Of a DNA stretch of 64,000 bases, positions 12,101-23,779 are shown in pieces. Source of the DNA: Azolla caroliniana (Eukaryota; Plantae; Polypodiophyta). The notes under the pieces are model-generated. The model was not told the DNA's origin, ran no database searches, and was given only the letters and a program-made list of their open reading frames with translations. Position 1 is the stretch's first letter, and each line of letters begins with the position of its first letter. The stretch covers positions 5,952,001 to 6,016,000 of the forward strand of contig JBHGNT010000003.1 in assembly GCA_043228905.1 (NCBI GenBank). The letters run 5' to 3'. The position numbers were made by a program, and so were the translations under genes.

Positions 12101-13133
12101 CAAACCGCCCTTGATTGCATCGAAAGTGGTACCAGTTGGGACACTCGTCTTGACAATCAGTCTACCGCCCCCATTCCATGGGAGTTCGACTTCTGCGAGA
12201 CCCCCCTACTCCTCACCCGCCTCTACAACTATTACCCCGAAGTCGCCTGCGAACCCCAAGTCGACGTCTTCCTATACCCCCATGTTTACCGCGATAAGAT
12301 GTCTACTGGGGCAGCAACAAACCCCACCCCCACTCGAGGGTGGCACCACCCCGTCGCCGACCCCCTCCTCGAACCTCCCGGCACCCAACCCCCATGGCGT
12401 CTCCCTTGGTTCGCACACACATCCTTCCGCGAATGCCTCGCCCTCCACCCCCCCGAGTTGCGCACCAACCCCACCTTTTTTCCCCTCCCTCGTCGTTGGA
12501 CATGGCCCGATTTTCGTGCTGCCCAGGCATGCCTACCCACCCTTCAATTCAACTGGTCGTTGTTCCCCCGACCCCCACGCACATCCCCGACCGAACCCGA
12601 CATGATCCGGGCCATGTGATGATTCCTACGTCCCGGACCCCGACATTCAAGCCAGCCTTCGTTTCCTACAACTTCTACTCATTCTCCTTGACTCTAGCCA
12701 GTACGAAGCCCCCCCCTTCCAACGGCACAATCACCCAGCGTGGGGCCTCACCTTCGATTTGAACAAAGGTCCCACTTGCCGCCAACTGGTCGGCCTTTGG
12801 ACCCACGTCAACATACTCCCCGCAACCTACAAACAGGATTTTGAAACCATGATCGACACGCGTTTTTTCCCCGTTTACATAAGCTTTAGTCGAAACCCCC
12901 GTTCTCCCTTCACCGGCCACAACACCTGCACCTGGCTCACCGGCCCCAAGAAAGATTTCTTCACAACAACCGACCAACTGCAGGAAATCCGGCTACCACC
13001 ACTGAACATCCGCCGTCTTCGCCATCATCTCCGCCGCCACCCGCCCCCCGACGAACCCCCCTACTCAATTCTACTCGCCCCCGACGCCCGAAGCTCCCCT
13101 CCCACAGTGCACTCGGGAGTGTGCACTCATTAG
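9175..13133 (+). pseudogene. Large extra ORF (env position) of element A: PMD-like N-terminus, Pro-rich linker, coiled coil, unknown C-terminal region
   Basis: Frame open 9175-11247, continues in frame after one TAG to 12066, then pieces 11918-12619 and ~12570-13133; final stop abuts the PPT. Motif LPELVNRFLIGYNPDTG..FTAADVCATLHLPLEG. Confidence 0.7.
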
Positions 13134-13144
13134 GTTGGGGGGGA

Positions 13145-13713
13145 TGTTAAGCGTTGGGATAACAACACAACCAGTCACGAATAAGAACGCATCAACAAGG
13201 ACGTAGTACGAAGAGGAAACGGCAAGAGGAAAGGAAAGCAAAGAGACGGCCAAATGTGAAAGGCCCATACCCTAAACGTGAAAGCTATATAAACCACTTA
13301 GTAGTTGCTTTGTGGGGGTTCTCCCATTTGTAAAGATCTCCTATTGATTAGAGCTAGAGCTTCCTCTCCTCTTTCTTGTAAACCTTTGAGCTTAAGAGAG
13401 ATTAGTGAAGTGTTGAGTTAGAGAACACTAATCTCTCTCCTTGTTGGTGCTAGACCTCTTAGCGAAGAGGGTTAATAATAGACATACTCTTGCTTCTTAT
13501 TGTCTATATCTATTGATCTATTGTCTATGAGAGAGAGTGAGAGAGAGTGAGAGAGATATCGTGCTTAATCATTTACTAATTGTTGAGTGAGTGTGAGGCT
13601 CGGAGGTATCCGACAACCATCTCCGCCCGATTCGCCATCAAGAGGGTATGCGCCGGTCTGAATCCTGCCACGACATCGAGGAGCTTACTCCATCGATACA
13701 TAGATCCTTAACA
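13145..13713 (+). repeat. 3' LTR of element A (569 bp)
   Basis: Perfect 7-bp terminal inverted repeat TGTTAAG/CTTAACA, PPT immediately upstream, TATA box ctatataaa at ~13285. Confidence 0.9.
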
Positions 13714-14652
13714 CCTTCCTGACTATGATCTAACAGATAGGGAATGGTGTATGCAATACGTCGATACCAAGAGAAAAGTCGTATTGTATACAACAAAGAA
13801 GAAGGGCGAGGGGTAGCTTGAAAATGAAACCCCATTTATGTATGGTCGTATTCTACGATTCGACTACGAAGATGCAGATTCGGCCAACATACTTGTAATG
13901 ATAGAGTGCTCTAAGGGGGTACGTAAAGTGTTCCTTTCTGAAGATCTTCTAGTAAAGGAATCTTGTGGGCCAAAAGCTTTCAGAAAAGATCTTGAAAGCT
14001 CACAAAACCTTATTGTTACCTTGAGGCCTTATATACAAGGCCATGTAACTCTAAGGGAGCCATTGCCCTCCCCAGTGAAGGCCACAAAAAGGGCATCTAA
14101 GTACAATCAAGACCACCAAAAAAGAAGACCACCAAAATGTGGGACTCCGACTCATCAAGTGAAAACGAAGATGAGGACACTAAGAGGACGCTAGGAGCTG
14201 AGCTGGCATCGGGTGTGTTGTCATCCGAGCAGAATAAGATACGAAGAGAGTTAATGCAGCGTAAATTGGTCAGGAAAGGGCAAGTGTTTAATTTGCCTAT
14301 AACACACATCCATCGGTCCCCTATTGATGAAAAAACAGGACGAAGACCACTGGAGATTAGAGAGCCACACCGCATGCATGTTCAAAATCTCAAGAAAAAA
14401 ATGAAAATTAATTGTCATGCCACTGCGGTGCCTTTTATTGTTATGGTGGATCCTGAAGAATGTGAAACCATTGAAGATTTTGATATAAGAAAGCATGATC
14501 AATATAATTACTTTGTCATTAGTGGATCGCATTTAGCAGAGGCACGTCGGCAACTTGTGAGAGAACATCCAACGACTTTCTTCTTCAAGTATGCCGAGTG
14601 AAAAATTTACGTGGGTCTCACAACTGAAGAGGCAAAGTTGTTGGCATGGGAC
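13714..14652 (+). pseudogene. Fragment of a ParB/Srx-like domain protein, probably transposon-borne
   Basis: VFNLPITHI..LEIRE..HVQNLKK..PFIVMVD..YFVISGSHLAEARRQL..KIYVGLTTEEAKLLA; has a frameshift and stops; truncated at ~14652. Confidence 0.5.
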
Positions 14653-15284
14653 CTACGACACCTAACCCGTTCCCCGCCGGACAGGACAAAGCCGGAGAAT
14701 CCACGGAGTAAGTAGATGGCCCCAGGCCCCACTTGTATTATAGTGTACAAATAGGCTTGTATGTAACCGTTACGGGAAAAAAAGAAAAAAAAAAGAAAAA
14801 AAGAGAGGAGAAGATAGCGACGCTATTAAAAGGGACTTGAGGCATGCACACACTTCAAGACCAAGAACACGCGGCACCACGATGGCTCACCGACCAATGA
14901 ACCCTAGGCCACAAAAAGAAGGAAATAGAAGGTTTTCTGCACAATACAGAAATCAACCTCCTAACTCTCAACGCTCTCATCACTCCTCTTCCTCACCTTC
15001 TTCTCCATCCTATCACAGAGCTCAAGCCCACCGCAACAAACAATCTTCACCCCATGAGCCTACTCTGACTATGCCGATATTCATCTTTACCGCCTTGCAT
15101 CGATGGCTCGTGGAGAAATGCTTGGATGGGTACATCTGGGTCGCGGAGGCACCTCCACACCCTGATGCACTGGACATCGCCAGAAAGCTCAACATCGACA
15201 CGGTCACCAACTCATCCGTCCGGAAAAAGTTGGACCTGTCATCACTAGGTGAAAGGCATTTCGAAATCCCTCCTACGGAGACGC

Positions 15285-15955
15285 TGTCGTGAAGAAAACC
15301 GTCCCTAGGCGGAAACCGAGTTTAGCATGTGTAAACCGGCCCTTGCACGCGAGCACACTTTTCGTTGTATAGTAAGTAGGTAGGTACAAGTCGGTTGAGG
15401 TGAAATCCTAGGTAGCATGCATTCAATAGGGAGAGAATCGAATTGTATCTCTGTCCGAAAGGACTGAGAATTAATATGATGTAACGGGTGATAACGGCCT
15501 CCCTCCTTGTGCTATAAAAGAGAGGGAGAGGAATGAAAGAGGGATCGCGCGTGAGGGAGGAGAGGGTGTTGCAGGACCGAGTGCCGAGCTCTCTCTTCTC
15601 CTCCAATCATCCGTCTCTGTGGGGTGGGGAGGTCGCTGCCTCTGCTTCGTGGACAGCCCGTGCGCTTCCGGTAGAGGCTCTCCCCTTTTTGTTTCTTTGA
15701 GTCGGGTGTGTTCTGTCGGTGTGCGTGAGTGGGATCCCCGTGTCGGGTCCATCGCCGCCTTGCCGGTTGTAACAATCAGAGTTTGCAATCTCTGAATATT
15801 GTAATCTATTGTTACTGTAATTAATTGTGCCGTTTGTTTCTCTTTCCTTCTCCCTGTTGCGTATCTGCTAGATCTCTCTCTCTCTCTCTCGCTCCTCGGT
15901 TCAAGGCCCCCGTGGTCCCGCCTCTTTCTGCACGCACGTGCGTAACAACGCGACA
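15285..15955 (+). repeat. 5' LTR of B1 (671 bp)
   Basis: Direct repeat of 21695-22407; TATA ctataaaa at ~15512. Confidence 0.95.
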
Positions 15956-15959
15956 TAAT

Positions 15960-15977
15960 TGGTGAACCCGACGTGAA
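15960..15977 (+). promoter_or_regulatory. Primer binding site complementary to the tRNA-Trp 3' end
   Basis: TGGTGAACCCGACGTGAA is the reverse complement of TTCACGTCGGGTTCACCA, the plant tRNA-Trp 3' end as recalled; 4-nt spacer after the LTR. Confidence 0.85.
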
Positions 15978-15999
15978 AAGGCGGCAAAGGAGTCGAAAG

Positions 16000-18135
16000 A
16001 TGAGGGGATCGGAGCTAGCAGAGGCAATGGCGGTAGCCGTCAACTAGCTGGTAAGCGCTCGTGAGGGGACGGGTACCCTCGACAGAGCCATTGAATCAAT
16101 CGTCGACACTATAGGCCGGTTCAGAGGGAAAGACGCCACAAGTTATTTGGAGGCTAACCAGGCCAAAATGATCATGAGGGATATCCCGGTGGACAGGCGG
16201 TTGTCCGGATTCCCTCAGGTGGTGACGCCGAGCATCCACGCGAAGGCGCTCGAGTTTCTGGCCGGATGCCAGACTTGGGAGGAGTTCGAGCTACGGCTTC
16301 TCGAGAAGTACGGGTTTGACGACTCGCTTCGGCTGTCGAGGCGGGACTTCATGGCGTGGGTGGAAAGCCCCAGAAAGGGGAGGAACACGTCGGTGCTCCT
16401 CCAAGAGTTCGAAAAACGGTTCGCGCGGTTGTCGACGTTGGACCGGACAGTGCTCGAAACAAGTCGGGTACTACTATTTGTCAAGTCGGTGGACGCACTC
16501 GACAGGGAAAAGGTGGGTCCCCTATTGGAAACGGACGAAGGGCTCATGGCAGACTGGGTCGTGGTAAAACGGGTATGCAGCCGTTTCGACAAACGGCGCG
16601 ATTGGAGCGACGGAAGCTCGTCGGGGTCAGGGCCGGTCTCGGGGAGGAGGCTCGAGGAGCCGGTATCGGTGTCGGCCGGTAGGAAGGAAGAGACCCGAAT
16701 CTGGCAAGAGTCGGGGTCGGCATCGAATGACGTGGTTAGAGGCCCATCCGGAGGAGCGGCTGTGGAGGAGCTGACACAGATGGTGCGCGACCTGCAGATG
16801 GCACAGGCCCGGAGAGACAGCGGCGAACAACCTCACGACCAGAGGCCGCCGGCTGGGCAGCGGTGCATGTGGTGTGACGCGATCGGTCACATTCGGAGGG
16901 ATTGCGCGGATTTCGCCGACGCGCTCAGGACCAACGTGGTGTACCTCTAGAACGGGCGGGTGCACGCGAGCGAGACCCGGAGAGCCCTAGAACTAAATAC
17001 GGGGCGCGACGGAATTAAGAGGTTGATGGAAGAGGCCGCGGCACGGCACGTTGAAGTCATTAACTACTCAGTGTCAGCGGGAATTCGGGTCGGGGGTGAT
17101 GAGACCCGGAAGGCGAAGGACTCCGGATTCTGGCCGCTAGTGCTAGAAGGCCTCTCCGGAGTTCGGCTGAAGAAGGAAGAGGAGGACCGCGCGGAACAGC
17201 AGGTCCAGGAGGTCACCAGTTGGGACGATCCGATCAAAGAGAAAACGGGCTTCGTAGAAACCGCTTGCCAGAACTACGAGGTTCTGGTGGAAGACAAACG
17301 TGCAGGAAAGGTCGGAGGGGTTGGTCCCCCACAGAGGTATGAGACCCAGTTCGAACCGAAACCGACCGGTGCCGACAACCCAAGCGCGCCGGATGGAAAG
17401 AAGCAAGTGGGGTTTCGGTGGAGCATCGAAATCGAAAGGACCACAGACCTGCAAAAGGTCCTGGAGGAACGTATCCTCGACATCAAAGTGGAGTTGTCGC
17501 TGAGGGAAGTGCTTGGGATCGCCAAGAAGGAGTTCCACGACTCCATCGTAGACGTGGTGAAGAGGAAAAGGTTGTCGACGGAGCCAAAACCGGAGAAGCC
17601 GGTGGAAGTGCGGACCACGCACTTGGAAGACGCAGCCCTAGAAGACGAGTTGGCGGAAAGCCACTACACGAAGCCGCATTGGGCCAGGGCAACTACGGAA
17701 ACCCCTCTATGGATCCGCAACGTTCCGGAACCGGTGGTAGCCTTGGTAGACCATGGATCCGAAATCAACCAGATGTCCATGGATTTCTACAGGAGGGGTA
17801 AATGGCCGATCAACACCAAGCATGGCTGGAAAATACGGGCAGCGACGCGCGCCACGGAAGAACTACATGGAGCCTATCCGAACGTACGGGTGAAAATCGG
17901 CGATGTCGAGATCGACCAGCACTTCTTCGTGCAAGAGACGTCCTCGCATCTGGTTATACTAGGAGAGCAATACATCACGGCGGCACGGATGGAGACCAAG
18001 GTGCTGGACAACGGTTCGGCCTATGCAAGAGTCAAGAGCCAGGACGGGCATCACTCGGTCCAGTTCCTGACGGTGCGACTGAACCATGAGTGACACCGCG
18101 AGGCCCTCGGCGGCGAAACCCGAGGTGATTTTTAG
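16000..18135 (+). pseudogene. Gag-protease ORF of B1
   Basis: Zn knuckle CMWCDAIGHIRRDC; protease ALVDHGSEIN..VILG; several internal stops; ends GAT TTT TAG. Confidence 0.85.
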
Positions 18136-21100
18136 AGAGGGCTATCAAGGCGTGGGGCCGCGATAGTCCGGACACCCGGGAAAAACCCCACAAATGTACA
18201 ATACGGAAGAAGACATGTACCATAGGTAGGAAATTTTGGTTCTCCGACAATGGAGGTTGTACTATGGCCGGCATCAACGGCCGGGAAAGGAAGCGAGTGG
18301 AGGAGCGGCTCAGGGGATGCAAAGTCCTCTTCCCCGACGAAGACATCAACAGCGTCTTGGAGGCAGTCTCTTTTGACGACACCTTGGGCGAGTTGCGAAA
18401 GGTGATCGGTGAAGACCTTATGGAAGACCGGACCGTTCCGGTAGGTTCGATGGGAATGTACGAAGTCATCGCGGACTTCGGGGAAAGGATCGGGTCGGAT
18501 CGGACGGCCCGCGTGGATACAAAGTACAAGACTGTGGACCGGAAGGTGAGGCCAGTCGCGGCACCCTTGCTGTAGGGCAGCGAGGAGTGGATAAAAGGGG
18601 TCGCGTCAGACCCGAGTTTGCGGAATCCGGTTGGCATAGGGCACCGGTTCACCGACATAATGCTATGGGAGCTCAAGGTCGGTGGGGGTGGCTTTCTACT
18701 GCCGGCGGAAGAGGACCGGTTTCGGAGAATGCTCGGGAGGCACGGGAAGGCTTTCGCGTTCTCACCAGAGGAGATCGGGTGCGTAGACCCGACAGTTGTG
18801 GAACCGATGGTGATCTTCACAGTACCGCATGTGCCGTGGAACCTCAAACCGATTCCGGTACCCAGAGCTCACATCCCCAAGCTGATGGAGCTGTTGAAAC
18901 AGAAGGTCGATATGGGCATCCTCGAACCGTCAAGTGCCCCTTACTTGAATCGGTGGTTTACCGTGCCAAAGAAGAACGGCACGTTGCGTTTTATTCAAGA
19001 CCTGCAACCGGTCAACAAGGTGACCATTCGGAACGCAGGAATCGGACCGACAATAGACGAGTTCACGGAGGCCTTCGCCGGAAGGTTGATCTACTCGGTC
19101 GGTGATCTGTACTCGGGGTACGATAAGTTCCAACTAGCCGTGGAGAGCAGGGACATTACGACGATGCGGACTCCTCTCGGCCTAGTGCGGATGTGTACCC
19201 TACCGCAGGGAGGGACGAACTCGGTGGCCCACATGGTGAACGCAATGAACAAGGTGCTGAGAGATTGTATCCCAGACATCACCATGCCATTCTTGGACGA
19301 CATCCCGATCAAAGGTTGCCCGGTAGAGGAAAGGGTCAACACGATCGAACCGGACGGATGTCAGAAATTCGTGATGACTCACATCGATGACTGCGAGAGG
19401 GTGCTGCAAAGACTGGAAGGCGTGAGGCTCACCTTCTCCGGGGAAAAATCGGCCTTCGGGCAATCAGAGATCATGGTCGTCGGGCACCTATGCGGGCCAT
19501 ACGGTCGGAAACCGTCTCCGGCCAAGGTGGAAGCCATCTCCGCAATGAAGCCTGACTGCAATTCGGTTATGGAGGTTCGGAGATTCTTGGGAGCATGCGT
19601 GTTCTACCATATCTGGATCCCGCATTACGCCCACGTCACGGAGCCGTTGTATGGGTTGTTGAAGAAAGGGCGTAAATTCGAGTGGGGAGACGAGCATACG
19701 GAGTCGGTCCGGAAGATGAAAGAAGCACTCGCCGTGGCACCGGCGCTCCGAAAGGCTGTCTACAGTAAAGACACTCCGATTTACGTGACCGTAGATACGA
19801 GTCCGATCGGGATCAGATGGGTGATCAACCAAGAGGATGACGATGGCGTACGATTCCCGATCCGGTTTGAGGCGAAGGTATTGAGCGAGCGGCAGCAAGG
19901 ATACATCCAAGTTAAGCGCGAGCTTTGGGGTATCGTTTCGGCAGTCAAGGCCGACAAGGACTATCTGATCAAGACAGAGGTGATCATCGAAACGGACTAC
20001 CTGCCAATACTCGGCATGGTTTCCGGATGCGCGACGCCGGACCTAGCAATGCTCCGGTGGATAGCGTACATTAAGTCCCTGAACCGGGAGATACGGCACA
20101 TCTCCGGAAAGGATAACGCCATGGTCGACATGCTTTCGAGAGCGAGGTTCAACGACGAAGACGGCATGGTTTCAGATGATGAAGAAGTCGGCGAGGACTT
20201 CTTCGGGTCGGCTAACATAACGACAAGGAAAAGGGACACTCCGGCGCTTAACGAATTTAACGAAAGCAGGTACGACGGGGAGTGGCTCCAAATCGGGAGG
20301 TTCCTACGGACGATGACATCGGACGCAGCATGGACGAGAGAAGAGGCGAGCCAGGTACGGAAGAAGGCGTATCGATTCTCCCTGCGGGACAAGTGCATAT
20401 GGAGGCACCCAAAGAAGAGAAACGGCATCCCGCTCCGAGTAGTGGCAAAGAAAGAAGAACAAGAGGAACTACTGGCAGCATTTCACGAGAGTCCCTGGGC
20501 CGGGCACCACGGAACGTGGGCCACGTTCGAGAAGTTGAAGGAGAAGTACTGGTGGCCAGGGTTGTACCAGGACGTGCATCGGTTCGTAACAACTTGTGAA
20601 AGCTGTCAGATGCACTCTGTAGTTCGACATCGGGACGAGCTACACCCGACTTACCCGCCTGCGGTCCATTTCAAGTGGATGGTGGACTTGGTGACGATGC
20701 CGATGGGAGTAGGACAAATGCGATACCTGGTGCTTGCGTGGGAAGACTTAACGAACCATGTGGAAGGTCGTGCACTGCAGAACAAGACAACCGCGGCGGT
20801 ATGCCAGTTCCTGATCGAAGAGGTAGTGTGTCGGTACGGGTGCATCGGGAGGATCGTGGCGGACCGGGGAGAGTTGGATGCGCGAGAAGATGAGGAGTTG
20901 TTCGACCGGCTAGGCGTCAAACTCTCCCTCACTACGGCATACAATCCGGAGGCGAACGGGAAGGTAGAACGTGGGCACGGGCCGATCGTAAAGGCGTCGG
21001 TGCGTGCATGCGGAGGGCAGGTCGGGAATTGGCCGCGGCTCCTTCCTTACGCACTATGGGCGGACAGAACTACGCACAATTCGGTGTCAGGGTTTATGCT

Positions 21101-21620
21101 GGCAGAGCTGATGTACGGGCAGAAGCCTATCATACTGGTGGAATAGACGGTTTCTTCATGGGCGGCGGTAGATTGGAAGGATGAGATGAGCCGGGAGGAG
21201 TTTCTGGTGGCGCGGATTCGGCAACTCGAGTAGAGGCCGGAGGACATGAAACAGGCGAAGGAAAAGTTGCAGGCGGCAAGGGAGCGTAACAAGACCCGGT
21301 TCGACCGGACGCACCGGTTGCGACCAAAGAAGATCGAGGAAGGCGACTGGGTCCTAGTGTATGACAACAGCCTCGACAACCAGCACAAGGCAATGTGGAA
21401 GTTTGCACGGAGGTGGTTCGGGCCTTACGTGGTGACAAGCGCCAACGACAACGAGACCTACCATCTTGCGGAGCTCGACGGTACAAGGATGGCAATACCG
21501 GTAGCAAGGAAGAGGGTCAAAGCATTTAAGAAACGACACGAGTACGAGCCGGATGTGGGAATCTTGGACGGCGATGAAGGGCGGTCCGAGGCGGATGACG
21601 AACCGGAAGACGAGGAGTAA
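18132..21620 (+). pseudogene. RT-RNaseH-integrase ORF of B1, in the -1 frame relative to gag-PR
   Basis: LRFIQDLQPVN, DLYSGYD, LPQGGTNS, PFLDDI; RH VTVDTS; IN H..GHHG..CESC, WMVD, VADRGE, KVERG; WFGPY; stops at 18575, 21146, 21233. Confidence 0.9.
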
Positions 21621-21694
21621 AGCATGGACCGGTTTCTCTAGCAGGAGCCCAATTTTTGCGCATACCGGTGGATGCGCAGTTAGGTGGGGGCGGA

Positions 21695-22279
21695 TGTCAT
21701 GAAGAAAACCGTCCCTAAGCGGAAACCAAGTTTAGCATGTGTAAACCGGCCCTTGCACGCGAGCGCACTTTTCGTTGTATAGTAAGTAGGTAGGTACAAG
21801 TCGGTTGAGGTGAAATCCTAGGTAGCATGCATTCAATAGGGAGAGAATTGAATTGTATCTCTGTCCGAGAGGACAGAGAATTAATATGATGTAACGGGTG
21901 ATAACGGCCTCCCTCCTTGTGCTATAAAAGAGAGGGAGAGGAATGAAAGAGGGATCGCGCGTGAGGGAGGAGAGGGTGTTGCAGGACCGAGTGCCGAGCT
22001 CTCTCTTCTCCTCTGATCGTCGGTCTCTGTGGGGTGGGGAGGTCGCTGCCTCTGCTTCGTGGACAGCCCGTGCGCTTCCGGTAGAGGCTCTCCCCTTTTT
22101 GTTTCTTTGAGTCGGGTGTGTTCTGTCGGTGTGCATGAGTGGGATCCCCGTGTTGGGTCCATCGCCACCTTGCCGGTTGTAACCATCAGAGTTTGCAATC
22201 TCTGAATATTGTAATCTATTGTTACTGTAATTAAGTGTGTCGTTTGTTTCTCTTTCCTTCTCCCTATTGCGTGTCTGCT

Positions 22280-22349
<70 letters not shown>

Positions 22350-22407
22350 AGTTCAAGGCCCCCGTGGTCCCGCCTCTTTCTACACGCACGCGCGTAACAA
22401 CGCGACA
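21695..22407 (+). repeat. 3' LTR of B1 (713 bp) with expanded (CT)n
   Basis: Matches the 5' LTR apart from about twenty substitutions (by eye) and a longer CT tract at ~22283-22346. Confidence 0.95.
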
Positions 22408-23779
22408 ACGCTACAGAGATATTTCGGTCCATATTCATCATCTGCCAAAGCATATAGAATGAAGAAGATCCCGGATCCCTTTTTCCGCGAAACCGCCAAG
22501 TTCTTATTAGAGGTCGGATGCGTACATGTAAACGTATATGTGATGCCCAAGTAGAAGGAAAGTATCATCATTGATACCTTTGAAGGGCGTACGGTCAATT
22601 GGGGGGTCCTCATGGGGCCAGCGTTAAGGGAAGGCTTGCACGCGTATCAAGGAAGCAAAAAGCTCAGGCCTATCATACAACAGTATCTGACGATACTATT
22701 CCCACCCCGAGGTCAGCTGGCACCGCAGCCCAGCAGGCCCACGCCGCCGCCTCGATCCGCGAAGCGAAGATTAGCGGAGTTAGCCACCACAGAGTGGGAG
22801 GATGAACCCCAACCCACCTAGCCGAACACGCGAACAACGCAGGAAGAGCAGGCGGCGCGCACCGAGGAAGCGGCACCGGAGCTAGACGCCGAACCACGAC
22901 AGGAAAGCCCCAGGCCGAAAAGGCGGAGGCTGGACAGGAAAGATGGGCGAGGATTAGTTAATGATCAAGCGCGCATTAACACAAACGACGGAAAGCAACG
23001 ATGAGGACCAGTTAGCCAGAGTCGGCAGACAGAGGAACGCCGGTATCCGCCGAATGGGGATGGAACTACCCCCATTAAACGCGGCCCTTGTCGAAGTTCA
23101 TAGGGAACTGGCAAAGGTCAGCATGGGCTCCAAGGAGATGGCCATTAAAAAAAAAAATGTCTGGAAAAAGGTTAAACTGACCCAAGCCGAGCTGCAAAAA
23201 GCCAATGAACGCATTGCGGAGTTGGAAAATAACGCGACTACGATGCAATAGGCAGCTCCACCACCAAACAACACCGTCGAAGCCCTGAGGGAAAAGATTG
23301 AGGCTCAGACTGCCATTGCCTCAAAAGTAAAACGGGCCGTACAACTAGCGGAATCAGAGATTGACCGCCTCTGTGCTGAACTTTGCTAGTCCTCAGATAG
23401 AGAAAAGGACATCCGGGCCAACGACCAAAAGGCAGTGAAGACACTTGAAGAGAAACTCGCAGCAGAGACAACACATCGCACCTGGACAAAAGAAGAAAAC
23501 GCCCAATTACGGGACGAAGCGAAAAAATCGGAAGCGGCAATCACGGGACTCCGGGCCTTATTAGAGAAAAAGAAAGCATGGTTCGACGAGGAGCTGGTGG
23601 GAGAATAGGAGAGAAGGCATCAGCTCGAAATCTGCCTAAACAATGAAATGGGAAAACTGGAAGAACTACATGCGAAGGAATCCCAACTTTGGGCACGTAT
23701 GAGGAGCACGTATGAGGAAGCGGCGACAGTTAATCAGCAAGAAATTGCAAACCTCAAGAAATCTGTAGAAGAAGCATGC

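Larger units (their letters stand above)
1..13713 (+). mobile_element. Ty3/gypsy LTR retrotransposon A (non-chromovirus, Athila/Phygy/Selgy-like), decayed, 5' LTR outside window
   Basis: Order gag-PR-RT-RH-IN; PPT aggttggggggga at 13132-13144; LTR TGTTAAG...CTTAACA; no chromodomain seen. Left boundary is assumed. Confidence 0.9.
15285..22407 (+). mobile_element. Full-length Ty3/gypsy element B1, tRNA-Trp primed, fungal-type RT, decayed
   Basis: Two LTRs TGTC...GACA, PBS, PPT aggtgggggcgga, 4-bp TSD ACGC (15281-15284 and 22408-22411), gag-PR then RT-RH-IN. Confidence 0.95.

Noticed and set aside
15322-16043. Minus-strand ORFs repeated at 21732-22453, and similarly duplicated ORFs at 23782/25009
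   Set aside because: They recur only because they lie in LTR pairs; no domain evidence.
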